Assembly (NCBI GenBank): GCA_038897035.1
Contig: JAWAXF010000006.1
Location: 3,773-67,772 of the forward strand
Source: Candidatus Bathyarchaeia archaeon
Lineage (GTDB): Archaea > Thermoproteota > Bathyarchaeia > Bathyarchaeales > DTEX01
Reading direction: 5' to 3'
Length of the DNA stretch: 64,000 bases
In this document: piece after piece, positions 29,179 through 38,543 of the stretch
Layout of the letters: each line of letters begins with the position of its first letter
Position numbering within the stretch: position 1 is the stretch's first letter
Notes under the pieces: generated by a model
Told to the model about the DNA's origin: nothing
The model's input: only the letters and a program-made list of their open reading frames with translations
Databases searched by the model: none
Program-made: the position numbers and the translations under genes

Positions 29179-29918
29179 GATCTTGCCTCTTCAGTTAATT
29201 TGAGGAAAACCTCCTCGAGTGTAGCATTTTCTTCTGATCTCGACATTTTTCGAAGGCTTTCTAGACTACCAGACGCTATATTCTGCCCTTTATAAATTAT
29301 TGCGACTCTGTCGCATAGTCTCTCAGCCGTATCAAGAAGATGCGTGGATATGAAGATAGCCCCACCCCTCCTAACCCTTTCAACGAATACATTTTTAATT
29401 ATACGCTGCCCAGCTGGATCAATACCAACAAAAGGCTCATCTAAGATCAATATCTCTGGATCATGAATAAGAGCCGATATAATTGCTGCTTTTTGTCGCA
29501 TACCCCGAGAGAGTGAGAGCAGCAAGGACCTCCGTTTCTCTTCCAATTCAAACAGCTCAATATAGTGATCTAGTCTCTCCCTAAGTTGACCCTTTGGAAC
29601 ATTGCGGATTCTCCCAGAGTATATAAGAAACTCCTCAATTGTCAAGTATTCTGGCAGAGAAAGATTCTCTGGGACATAGCCAATAAACTTCTTATATTCG
29701 TAGGGCTCACTGTTTATGTTGATACCCTTAACCCTAACTATACCTCTGTCCATCCTAAGAAGACCAACGATAATTTTAAGCGTTGTCGTCTTTCCGGCGC
29801 CATTTGGCCCTAGAAGCCCAAAAATCTCTCCGCCTCTAACCTCCAGATTTAAACCCCTAAGCGCTTGAAATCCATCATAGGACTTCCATACATTGATCAA
29901 TTCAATAACGGGCGTCAT
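29175..29918 (-). CDS. ABC transporter ATP-binding protein (ABC-2/exporter type)
   Basis: Walker A GPNGAGKTT, signature LSRGMRQK, Walker B ILILDEP. Confidence 0.9.
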   Translation of the reverse strand: MTPVIELINVWKSYDGFQALRGLNLEVRGGEIFGLLGPNGAGKTTTLKIIVGLLRMDRGIVRVKGININSEPYEYKKFIGYVPENLSLPEYLTIEEFLIYSGRIRNVPKGQLRERLDHYIELFELEEKRRSLLLSLSRGMRQKAAIISALIHDPEILILDEPFVGIDPAGQRIIKNVFVERVRRGGAIFISTHLLDTAERLCDRVAIIYKGQNIASGSLESLRKMSRSEENATLEEVFLKLTEEARS

Positions 29919-29933
29919 GACTCTTCTCTAGAT

Positions 29934-30416
29934 TCACCTCTTATAGCCAATCCTTCTTAGAAAATCTTTGCGCCACTTAACATCTTTTTCACTCTCAATC
30001 CCTTGCGGCTTAAACCCATCTATCACGCCCAGTATGCCCCTGCCCTGCTCCGTCTCCGCAACAATAACCTGCAGTGGATTAGCCGTAGCCGCATGTATCG
30101 CACATACTTCTGGAACAAGTTTTATAGCATTAAGTACATTTATTGGATAGGCGCCCCGCATAATTATTAGGAAAGAGTGGCCGCAGCCAAGCTTAAGCAT
30201 GTTTTCGGCGGCGATCTTTTTAAGCTCCTCATCGGTACCTTCAACCCTAACCAGCCTCTCACCACTAGCCTCACAGAAAGCCAGGCCAAACTTTATTCCA
30301 GGAACAGAGTTAACCATAGCCTCATAGATATCTTCAACGGACTTTATGAAGTGTGATGCCCCAAGAATAATATTGCAATCCTTTGGAAACTCTATGCCCA
30401 CAACCTTAATCTCCAT
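29934..30416 (-). CDS. Conserved archaeal 'adenosine-specific kinase'-family protein (Pfam Adenosine_kinase/PAE2307-like)
   Basis: 160 aa. The pattern [15 protein letters not shown]...[10 protein letters not shown]...GHSFLI...[11 protein letters not shown] matches my recollection of this family. Not verified. Confidence 0.55.
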   Translation of the reverse strand: MEIKVVGIEFPKDCNIILGASHFIKSVEDIYEAMVNSVPGIKFGLAFCEASGERLVRVEGTDEELKKIAAENMLKLGCGHSFLIIMRGAYPINVLNAIKLVPEVCAIHAATANPLQVIVAETEQGRGILGVIDGFKPQGIESEKDVKWRKDFLRRIGYKR

Positions 30417-30480
30417 ATTAAACCGCCCCCTAAAAATACTTAGCTTATGTCAGAGCTAATCAATGTTTTGGTGTTACAGA

Positions 30481-31194
30481 TCAGCGCACTGGCTCCCAGG
30501 ACCTTGATATTGTCCTGTTAAATAGAAGTAGAGAAATATAGTCGCGAGCCCACATCTTAAGAACATTTAGGAAGCCCGTCCTTCTAAATCTTCTCATGGA
30601 CTCATAGACCACTAAATCCCGAAGGAGGATTATTCTGCCAACTTTTGAGAGGCGGAAAGCTAACTCATGGTCCTCACAGCATGGAAGATCCTCGTTAAAA
30701 CCGCCGATCTTCATGAAGGCATCCCGCCTAACCGCAAGAAACTCTCCTCGTAGATGCGGCTTAAGGAGAAGAAGAATGGAGAAGATAAAATTGTAGAGCT
30801 TGAAGAACACTTGCTCATGCGGAAGCGGGTCTTTAGGCATAATGTTACATGTTGTACCAACAACGTTCTCATTTCTTTTAAATGCGGAGAGAACTTTTTC
30901 AAGGAAGCTTGGTGGTAGGTCTATGTCCGCATCCACAAAAATTATTATGTCCCCGCTAGCCCTGCTGGCACCATAATTCCTCGCCCTACCTATACCCCGC
31001 TCCCTCAATACAAATACTTTCTCGGTAAACCTCCTAGCAATCTCCACAGTTCTATCAGCGCTACCACCATCAACGATAATTATCTCTAAGCTAGAGTCAA
31101 TATTAACAAGTTTAGAGAGAATACTGCCAATATATTTCTCCTCTTGAAGCGTTGGAATAACTACTGAGACCGATAGCCCACTCTTTCCCCGCAT
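30481..31194 (-). CDS. Family 2 glycosyltransferase
   Basis: VVIPTLQEE, IVDGGSADRT and the DxD motif in FVDADIDL. Confidence 0.85.
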   Translation of the reverse strand: MRGKSGLSVSVVIPTLQEEKYIGSILSKLVNIDSSLEIIIVDGGSADRTVEIARRFTEKVFVLRERGIGRARNYGASRASGDIIIFVDADIDLPPSFLEKVLSAFKRNENVVGTTCNIMPKDPLPHEQVFFKLYNFIFSILLLLKPHLRGEFLAVRRDAFMKIGGFNEDLPCCEDHELAFRLSKVGRIILLRDLVVYESMRRFRRTGFLNVLKMWARDYISLLLFNRTISRSWEPVR

Positions 31195-31305
31195 CTACCA
31201 TCGATTAAAAACGAATTTTAATAGACTAAAACATTTCCTATCATAAAATCTCATTATTTCTTTAATAAATTTGATGCCCTTTTAAGATATTTTATAAAAT
31301 CCCAG

Positions 31306-31470
31306 CTATAGCATCCAGTTTTGACCCGGCTTCCTTCTTAATACTATGCGCTTTTCATAATTCCTCTTAACTCTCCCTCTTGGAAGAGGACTGGTCTTAG
31401 GCCTAGGAGGAATTTTCGGGGTTTGTGACCGCACTTTCCCAGCCTTTGAAAGGCTACCATGAGTTGGCAT
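31306..31470 (-). CDS. rps30e: 30S ribosomal protein S30e (54 aa; below the ORF-track length cutoff)
   Basis: My translation of the minus strand gives [54 protein letters not shown]-stop. HGSL.KAGKVR.QTPK is the eS30 signature. Confidence 0.8.
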   Translation of the reverse strand: MPTHGSLSKAGKVRSQTPKIPPRPKTSPLPRGRVKRNYEKRIVLRRKPGQNWML

Positions 31471-31477
31471 CTAACTT

Positions 31478-32029
31478 TCACCACCTAGCTATCATTTCTA
31501 CTTCCCTCTTATTTATATTTTTAGAGGAAGTACCCTTAGAGCAGATGGCAATATAGCATTTAATATCTTCTTCATCATCCAGCAGAAAGAAATTAAGATG
31601 AGCCCTTCTTAAAGCATCTGAGAGGGACTTCCTCGAAAAGGTCTTTTTAAGCCCAGTTATAACAATCACCGAATCATCTTTTGCGACCCTAGCTATTTCA
31701 TTGAAAGTTAATAGATAGATTGACATGTTTTGTAGCAGTGTTATTGCGAAGACTTTATCAAAGACCCCGTCCCTGAATGGCAGAAAGTCCGCATCTGCTC
31801 TAACCAGAAATACTTCATTAAGCCTAGAATTTTTAATCAACTTTTTTGCAATGTTAAGTAGCTCCCTAGCGATATCAACGCCCACGATTACGCCAATGGG
31901 ATCAACTATATGCTTAAAGAGAAGCCCAGCCCCACATCCCACATCTAAAATAGTCTCAAAGGGCTTAAAGCCCAAGCAGTATAGAGCCTTTCTTAATCTT
32001 TTGGTTCTGCTCGTATCCATACAACTCAT
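31478..32029 (-). CDS. Class I SAM-dependent methyltransferase
   Basis: Motif I ILDVGCGAGLL, motif II VGVDIA, post-II FDKVFAITLLQ. Confidence 0.8.
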   Translation of the reverse strand: MSCMDTSRTKRLRKALYCLGFKPFETILDVGCGAGLLFKHIVDPIGVIVGVDIARELLNIAKKLIKNSRLNEVFLVRADADFLPFRDGVFDKVFAITLLQNMSIYLLTFNEIARVAKDDSVIVITGLKKTFSRKSLSDALRRAHLNFFLLDDEEDIKCYIAICSKGTSSKNINKREVEMIARW

Positions 32030-32163
32030 TATAGAGGGGGTGCGATCCTATCATAGTGCTGGATTACCTTACGCTTGATCCTCCACAGCCTACTGCTTGA
32101 CATAATTAGATTTCAGAAGATATTTATGGAGAAGGACCTCTAAAAATTTACTGGAGAAATCCC

Positions 32164-32949
32164 TTGCATAGCGATCGTAGAATTGTTGTATGCGAGAACC
32201 CGGACATTGATGAGGCTGTAAATAGGCTTAATGAGGCTTTTAGCGAGAAGAGGGTGGTCATAGTTGTTGGTAGCTGTTGGGTTGACTATCGTGGTAGGGC
32301 CAGCTCTAAGCTCGAGCCCGGCGAGAGAATAGTTATAGTGAAGGAGGATGGAGCCGTCCTGGTTCATAGGTCTAAGGGGTATGAGCCAATTAATTGGCAG
32401 CCCTCCGGCTGCATTTTACAGGTCTTTAAGGAGGAAGACAACCTTGTTATTAAGGCTGTCAAGAGAACCCCGCACGAAGTCGTGACAATGTTCTTCGATA
32501 GGATACATTTCCTCTCAACCTTTAAGCTCGTTGATGAGGGTGAATTCTCACTATATGCTAGCGAGGAGGATATGCAGAGGGCAATACTAGCGGAGCCATC
32601 GCTGATCGAAGATGGCTTCAAACCAATCGATTATGAGAGGAAGGTTAAGCCGGGCTTCGTGGACGTATATGGTATTGATAGGGATGGGCGTATAGTTGTT
32701 GTGGAGATAAAGCGGAGAACCGCTGGAAAAGAAGCCGTCTTACAGCTGGCAAAATACGTTGAAACCCTGAGGAGGAGCCTAGGCAGGGAGGTAAGGGGTA
32801 TACTTGCAGCCCCAGAAATCTCAAGGGATGCGCGGCAACTTCTGCTGTCTCTGGGCCTAGATTTCAGGAGAGTTGACCCAAAAAAGTGCTCTGAGCTGCT
32901 TAGGAGGAAAGAAGAGAGAAGAATTGTAGACTTCTTTTATCATCCCTAA
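32164..32949 (+). CDS. nucS: Endonuclease NucS/EndoMS
   Basis: GRASSKLEPGERIVIVKEDGAVLVH...YEPINWQP in the N-domain. The RecB-like C-domain has VDVYGIDRDGRIVVVEIKRR. TTG start. Confidence 0.85.
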   Translation: MHSDRRIVVCENPDIDEAVNRLNEAFSEKRVVIVVGSCWVDYRGRASSKLEPGERIVIVKEDGAVLVHRSKGYEPINWQPSGCILQVFKEEDNLVIKAVKRTPHEVVTMFFDRIHFLSTFKLVDEGEFSLYASEEDMQRAILAEPSLIEDGFKPIDYERKVKPGFVDVYGIDRDGRIVVVEIKRRTAGKEAVLQLAKYVETLRRSLGREVRGILAAPEISRDARQLLLSLGLDFRRVDPKKCSELLRRKEERRIVDFFYHP

Positions 32950-32964
32950 GCATTTGAAGATGGG

Positions 32965-33342
32965 TTAATCTTCTGTGCAAAGGGAAGTCATTAGGTCGAC
33001 TATTTTTGATGCTGCTGAAAGTATATTATCCAGCTCTCTAAAGGATACGCTGCTTAAGTGATCTTGCAAGATACTTTCTAGCCTCTTTACGGTCTTCTTT
33101 ATCTCCACTAAGCATTTAAGGATGGGATCTTTTGGCGTAAGGCCCCTCTCAACGAACTCCTCAACAATATCTTCTATAAGTGAGGGCTCCCCTAAGCAAC
33201 AGCATACCGCCATCTCAACTTTCCTTAGAGCATCAAATATAAGGCTGAACGCTCTACTGTCCTTCTGTGCAATCTTTATTTCATCGGTAGCCTCCCTTAA
33301 ATATCTTAAAGCCCAACCCTTTCGGCATACATCCATCAACAA
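32965..33342 (-). CDS. Hypothetical all-helical protein (possibly HEPN/PaREP1-like)
   Basis: 125-aa ORF with coding-like composition and no recognisable catalytic motif. Confidence 0.3.
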   Translation of the reverse strand: MLMDVCRKGWALRYLREATDEIKIAQKDSRAFSLIFDALRKVEMAVCCCLGEPSLIEDIVEEFVERGLTPKDPILKCLVEIKKTVKRLESILQDHLSSVSFRELDNILSAASKIVDLMTSLCTED

Positions 33343-33365
33343 TCACTTAGCACGTCTCCTCATCC

Positions 33366-33590
33366 CTATTTTAGCGATTGGGAAGATAACCCCTTACTCT
33401 GCGCCTGAGATATAACCATCAGGTGGGTTATGTAGCCAGCAATGCTATTTCTAAGCTTAATAGATGGAAAGCGTGCTAAGCTTGATAATATCTTTTTGTT
33501 TTCCTCAAAGCTTGTCGTGAATTTATCGGGATACCTTTCGATTAGCTCACGCGCTATTCTTTTGATCATCTCCGGACGCACATTTCCCAA
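33366..33590 (-). CDS. rps17e: 30S ribosomal protein S17e
   Basis: MGNVRPEMIKRIARELIERYPDKFTTSFEENKK is the conserved eS17 N-terminus. 74 aa. Confidence 0.85.
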   Translation of the reverse strand: MGNVRPEMIKRIARELIERYPDKFTTSFEENKKILSSLARFPSIKLRNSIAGYITHLMVISQAQSKGLSSQSLK

Positions 33591-33777
33591 GCATCATCAT
33601 CCTTTCCAACCCGGTTCAAACCTCGTGTAAATATCACGAAGGGTTTCATAACTTTTACTTTAAAAGTCATATATAAAGATTAATAAAGACCTAAAAAGCT
33701 TAGAGAAAGACTTTTAACCGAATAAGACAATAAAATATTTGTATTTGATGAGCAAAATTTGAAAAGAGGGAAAAATT

Positions 33778-33993
33778 ATGGGAGAGTTGGCAATAGCAGC
33801 AATGCATAGGATCTGTAAGAAAGCTGGGGCGGAGAGAGTTAGTGAGACTGCGGCGATACAGCTGGCAAAGATTCTTGAAGAGATAGGTATAAAGATCTGT
33901 AAAGAGGCAATAGACTTCGCAATGCATGCTGGTAGAAAGACTGTGAAGGCTGAAGATATAGAGATAGCCGCAAAGAAAGTTTTGAGTAGATAA
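33778..33993 (+). CDS. Archaeal histone (single histone fold)
   Basis: 71 aa. LAIAAMHRICKKAGAERVSETAAIQLAKILEEIG...AGRKTVKAEDIEIA matches the HMf-type histone fold. Confidence 0.9.
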   Translation: MGELAIAAMHRICKKAGAERVSETAAIQLAKILEEIGIKICKEAIDFAMHAGRKTVKAEDIEIAAKKVLSR

Positions 33994-34220
33994 GGAGAAC
34001 AAGAAGCGATACTCCTTAATTCCTTTTTATACCTTTGTTAGTTTATAAAGGATGCAAGTAAGCTTATGGATATAGCGAGGAGCGAGGTTTATTTCCAGGC
34101 TCTTAATAAAGAGGATTATACGGCATAAGAAGATTTTAAAGGAAGTAGAACTATAGACGAGTGGTAGGGAGACACGGTAACCTTAAATCCCGGTCTTTAA
34201 CATCAAAAACATGATATTGG

Positions 34221-35603
34221 ATGATTGATGCAAGCAGGAGCGGAAAAAGTAGCGCTATCAAGTACTCAATGTTAGCTATTCTAAGTGTTTTCCTCGTTGA
34301 ATCTTCCCTAGGTTTAGCTATTGGCAGCTTGGCGATCTTGAGCGATGGATTCCATGCGCTGTTCGACTTTATCTCGATGCTTATACTCTTCATCTCGATC
34401 CAAGCATCCTCTAAACCCCCAGACGAAGATCATATGTATGGTCATGAAAAGTTTGAATATCTAGGCGGCATGGTTGGCGGAATCACGCTGATCATCCTGG
34501 CAGCCGCCATAACCCTAGAGGCAACCTTGAGGATAATAGCTGGGGAGCCCTATATAAGAGGGGATCTAAGTTTAATAGGGTATATTGCCCTAGCCTATAC
34601 TTTCTCTATAGACATAGTTAGGGTATTCATTTTAGGACCAAGAGTAAGTGAGGACACACCGGTGGTCAAAGCCGCATTCTATCACGCCTTCTCAGATTTA
34701 TGCTCGACATTAATTGCGCTCCTTGGGCTCTGGTCCTCATCTTATGGGGTATTCTATGGGGACCCGCTGACATCCCTTATACTAAGCGCAGTGCTGATTT
34801 TTCTGAGCGTTAGGCTCGTTTGGAGCAACATTATGGAGCTAAGCGACATGGCACCAAAGGAAGCTGTTGAAAAGATAAGAGAACAAATTATAGAAACGTC
34901 TGGCATGTTACTTGCATACGAGAACTTAAAAATTAGAAAGGTTGGAAAAAGGTTCTTTATTAGGGCAACACTAAAATTTCCAGATTACATTGGGCTTGAG
35001 GAAGCCCATAATATTGCAACGGAGATAGAAAAGAATATTTCAAGAGTTCTTGGGGAGGCCGACGTATCCTTTCATATCGAGCCAAGTGGTACTGAAGGTG
35101 TGTCTACGAGGGAATTCATCAGGAGGATAGCGAGCGGAGTTGAGGGTGTCGTTGATGCCCACGATGTGGACATTGCGCGCCACGACGGGAGGACTTATGT
35201 TTCATTACATATTCGGGTGGACCCGAACAAACCATTGAGCAAAGCCCATGAAGTTGCCGAGAAGGTGGAGGAGGCAATCTACGTGAGCATGAAGGACGTT
35301 GAAGGCGTGTTCGTTCATATAGAGCCCTCCAACATCGAACTAAGCAGAGGAAGCATGATAAGCGACCAAGAAATGAATAGAATTATCCAGTCAATCATTG
35401 AAGAGTATGGGGGTAAAATAAAGGCGAAATACGTGGTAACTTACTTGACAGAGGGGAAACGCCAGGTGAATATTAAGTGTACCTTCGATGAGGATGTTCC
35501 AATTGAGGAGGCCCATAAAGTGGCTCTTGAGATAGAAGACGGAATTGAGAGGAAGCTTTCAGAGACGAAGGTTACAGTGCATATGGAGCCAGGAGGAGAT
35601 TAG
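34221..35603 (+). CDS. Cation diffusion facilitator (CDF) metal efflux transporter with three tandem cytoplasmic C-terminal domains
   Basis: TM2 SDGFHALFD and TM5 FYHAFSD metal-site motifs. Three repeats end in ...AHNIATEIE..VSFHIEP, ...AHEVAEKVE..VFVHIEP and ...AHKVALEIE..VTVHMEP. Confidence 0.85.
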   Translation: MIDASRSGKSSAIKYSMLAILSVFLVESSLGLAIGSLAILSDGFHALFDFISMLILFISIQASSKPPDEDHMYGHEKFEYLGGMVGGITLIILAAAITLEATLRIIAGEPYIRGDLSLIGYIALAYTFSIDIVRVFILGPRVSEDTPVVKAAFYHAFSDLCSTLIALLGLWSSSYGVFYGDPLTSLILSAVLIFLSVRLVWSNIMELSDMAPKEAVEKIREQIIETSGMLLAYENLKIRKVGKRFFIRATLKFPDYIGLEEAHNIATEIEKNISRVLGEADVSFHIEPSGTEGVSTREFIRRIASGVEGVVDAHDVDIARHDGRTYVSLHIRVDPNKPLSKAHEVAEKVEEAIYVSMKDVEGVFVHIEPSNIELSRGSMISDQEMNRIIQSIIEEYGGKIKAKYVVTYLTEGKRQVNIKCTFDEDVPIEEAHKVALEIEDGIERKLSETKVTVHMEPGGD

Positions 35604-36262
35604 GATCCAGTGCCGCCCGCAGGGCTAGCTGAGGGGCAAAGATTGTTTAAGATGCATTCGCTACACTTTGGGTTTCTAGCCTTACATATTTTCCTCCCAT
35701 GAAATATGAGAAGATTCGCAAATCTGAGCCACTTCTCCCTCGGGACAAGCTCCATTAAGTCCTTTTCAATCTCATCCGGGTCAGTCTTATCTGTTAAGCC
35801 AAGCCTCTTGGAAACCCTACTCACGTGCGTCTCAACAATTATCCCCTCAATTATGCCGAAAGCATTTGAGAGCACAACGTTTGCAGTTTTCCTTCCAACG
35901 CCAGGCAGACTCAGCAGCTCCTCCATGGTTTTTGGGACCTCACCATTATATTTCTTAAGGAGTATTCTGCATGCCTCTTTTATGTTCTTAGCCTTGGCGC
36001 GGTGGAACCTAACAGATTTTATGTCGTTTTCGAACTCCTCTAGGTTAGCGTAGGCATAATTCGCCGCGGTTCTATACTTTTTAAATAGGTTTTCGGTAAC
36101 CCTGTTAACGATATCGTCATTAAATTGAGCTGCAAGCATAGCTGCCACAAGCAGCTCTAAAGGATTACTCCACTTTAAGATCAATTTTGCATCTGGGTGG
36201 ACGCTCTCTAAAAGACTAATTATTTGGACAATTTTCTCTTTCAGCTCTTCTTTCCCAGGCAA
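35600..36262 (-). CDS. nth: Endonuclease III (HhH-GPD DNA glycosylase/lyase)
   Basis: HhH LPGVGRKTANVV and a C-terminal Fe-S cluster loop CKARNPKCSECILNNLC. Confidence 0.9.
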   Translation of the reverse strand: MPGKEELKEKIVQIISLLESVHPDAKLILKWSNPLELLVAAMLAAQFNDDIVNRVTENLFKKYRTAANYAYANLEEFENDIKSVRFHRAKAKNIKEACRILLKKYNGEVPKTMEELLSLPGVGRKTANVVLSNAFGIIEGIIVETHVSRVSKRLGLTDKTDPDEIEKDLMELVPREKWLRFANLLIFHGRKICKARNPKCSECILNNLCPSASPAGGTGS

Positions 36263-36376
36263 GCCTCATACCCCCTCTAACCAAATATAACTCGCATCTA
36301 AGGTAACTTAAGGCTTATCAGCCAGAATTTACAGAAAATTATAACTGTAGAAAGATGAGAATGTGCGTGAATTATA

Positions 36377-36655
36377 TTGCCATTAGACCGCATGATCGAG
36401 AAGGCTTATGAGCTTATACGCGACAGGAGGATCGAGCAGATAAGCGAGGATACATTTAATGTTGTTGGGATACATGGAACCTATACTGTTGTTAGGGGCG
36501 TTAATGGAACCGTAACGTGTAGTTGCCCCGGCTTCCTCACTAAGAGGAGATGCTCCCACTCGCTCGCAGTAATTATATTGATGCAGCCAGCATTACTGAA
36601 GAGCGTAGGGAAGGAGATAGAGAGGGAGAGAAGGAGACGGAAAAGTAAACGCTAA
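36377..36655 (+). CDS. Small SWIM zinc-finger protein
   Basis: CSCPGFLTKRRCSHSLA is a CxCx(n)CxH SWIM signature. Basic C-terminal tail. Confidence 0.6.
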   Translation: MPLDRMIEKAYELIRDRRIEQISEDTFNVVGIHGTYTVVRGVNGTVTCSCPGFLTKRRCSHSLAVIILMQPALLKSVGKEIERERRRRKSKR

Positions 36656-36704
36656 TTAAGAGCCAGTTAATTTAAGGCTAACTATAGGAGGATAGGCAGC
36701 TATA

Positions 36705-37967
36705 ATGAACTCAAAGAGAACATCGCTTGAAATGTATAGACTCAAGAAGATGCTGGAGACTCTAGCCTCTAAGGAGGGCAGGGGAACAGAGCTTATATCC
36801 CTTTATATCCCTCCGGGGAGGCAGATAAGTGAAGTAATATCTATGCTTAGGGAGGAGTGGGGCACGGCTGCGAACATAAAGTCAACAACGACAAGGAAGA
36901 ATGTTCAGGATGCTCTTGTAAGGGTTATGCAGAGATTGAAACTCTTTAAGGAGGTTCCTGAGACCGGGCTTGTAATATTTTGCGGTGCGATACCGCAGAG
37001 CGGGCCGGGAAGCGAGAAGATGGAGACCTATGTTATCATACCACCGGAGCCAATAAACATATACCTGTACAGATGTGACTCAAGGTTCCATATAGAGCAC
37101 TTGAAGGATCTAATCAAGGAGAAGGAGACCTATGGTGTCATACTTGTCGACACGAGTGAGGCGACATTCGCGACCATAAAGGGGAGGAGGATGGACATAG
37201 TTGAGGAGATAACCTCTGGGATACCTGGAAAGCACCGAGCCGGTGGGCAGTCAGCCAGGAGGTTTGAGCGTATACGTGAGATGCAAGTTAACGAATTCTT
37301 TAAGAGAGTTGGCTCCCATGCCAACGAGATCTTTCTACCGATAGAGGATTTAAAGGGCATAATTATTGGTGGGCCGGGGCCAACAAAGTATGATTTTGAG
37401 GGAGGCGATTACCTAGATTATAGGCTTAAGGCTAAGGTAATAGCCGTTGTGGACACGGCTTACACTGGGGAGCAAGGTGTGAAGGAGGTTCTTGAGAGAG
37501 CTCCGGACATAATGAGGAACGTGAGGTATGTTGAGGAGAGGCAGTTGGTTCAGAAATTCCTATATGAGGTTGGGCATGACACCGGCTTAGCGACATATGG
37601 CGAAATGGAGGTTAGAAGAACTCTTGAGTTAGGCATAGTTGATATACTTCTGTTATCTGAGGCCCTAGACACTGTTCGCGTAACCGTGAGCTGCTCCTCA
37701 TGTGGTTATACATATAAAGAGACTCTGAAGAGCTCTGAGGTTTTAGGCTTAACACAATCGCTTATCGGTAAACCTTGCCCCAAATGTAACAATCAAACTC
37801 TAGAAGTAGCCGATGAGAAGGAGCTCATTGAGGAGCTTGCGGAGTTGGCTGAGAAGTCTGGTTCAAGGGTCGAGATAATTTCTCCCGAAACTGAGGAGGG
37901 CCAGATGCTGGTGAAGTCATTTGGCGGGGTAGCCGCTATCTTAAAATATAAAGCTGAGAGTTATTAG
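36705..37967 (+). CDS. prf1: Peptide chain release factor aRF1
   Basis: NIKS motif (AANIKSTTTRKN) and GGQ motif (HRAGGQSARRF). The C-domain has a CxxC...CxxC insertion. Confidence 0.95.
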   Translation: MNSKRTSLEMYRLKKMLETLASKEGRGTELISLYIPPGRQISEVISMLREEWGTAANIKSTTTRKNVQDALVRVMQRLKLFKEVPETGLVIFCGAIPQSGPGSEKMETYVIIPPEPINIYLYRCDSRFHIEHLKDLIKEKETYGVILVDTSEATFATIKGRRMDIVEEITSGIPGKHRAGGQSARRFERIREMQVNEFFKRVGSHANEIFLPIEDLKGIIIGGPGPTKYDFEGGDYLDYRLKAKVIAVVDTAYTGEQGVKEVLERAPDIMRNVRYVEERQLVQKFLYEVGHDTGLATYGEMEVRRTLELGIVDILLLSEALDTVRVTVSCSSCGYTYKETLKSSEVLGLTQSLIGKPCPKCNNQTLEVADEKELIEELAELAEKSGSRVEIISPETEEGQMLVKSFGGVAAILKYKAESY

Positions 37968-38002
37968 TCAGGCGTCTAGACCCAAAACGACACACTTATA
38001 AT

Positions 38003-38431
38003 ATGGCTGATAAAGAAATACTCTTTAAGATATGGGTAAGTGGTTCTAGGATGTCTGACCGCGAGCTGGAGATGATTAGGTATAAGAAGATGATGGAGCT
38101 TAGGAGACAGATTGAAAAGAAAAGGGTAGAGGGCGAGGGGCCGAAGGAGGTTAATCCACGGGAGATCCTAGACAGGTTCTTTGCTGACAGGGCGTGGGAG
38201 GTTTTTAATGCTGCAAAGCATCAATATCCCGAGGTTGCGAACTACGTTGAGAGAGTCCTTGTTAAGCTAATTCTGGAGGGGAAGATAAGGGAGAAGATAA
38301 GTGGTGAGGAGCTTTATGGAACCTTCTTACGCCTAGGCTACAGAGTTAGGCTGCCAACACGCATCAGTATTATAGAGGATGGAAAAGTTAAAAGCCTAGA
38401 ACAGAAGATTAGGGAAGCTACAAATGAATAA
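38003..38431 (+). CDS. PDCD5/TFAR19-like double-stranded DNA-binding protein (the likely true start is the internal Met at ~38051)
   Basis: MSDRELEMIRYKKMMELRRQIEKKR... is the typical N-terminal helix of the archaeal PDCD5 family. Confidence 0.6.
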   Translation: MADKEILFKIWVSGSRMSDRELEMIRYKKMMELRRQIEKKRVEGEGPKEVNPREILDRFFADRAWEVFNAAKHQYPEVANYVERVLVKLILEGKIREKISGEELYGTFLRLGYRVRLPTRISIIEDGKVKSLEQKIREATNE

Positions 38432-38543
38432 ACGCTCAGGCCCCCTTCAAGATAATTCTATGTTCCCAGAGACAAAGGGAAAACTTTTTACACAGCAACG
38501 CAGATAGCTTATTCTCTTACATAGTTTTGTAAAAGCCCTCGTT

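Noticed and set aside
33700-34002. 100-aa minus-strand ORF
   Set aside because: It is antisense to the histone gene, and its Cys/Leu/Phe-rich composition looks like junk.
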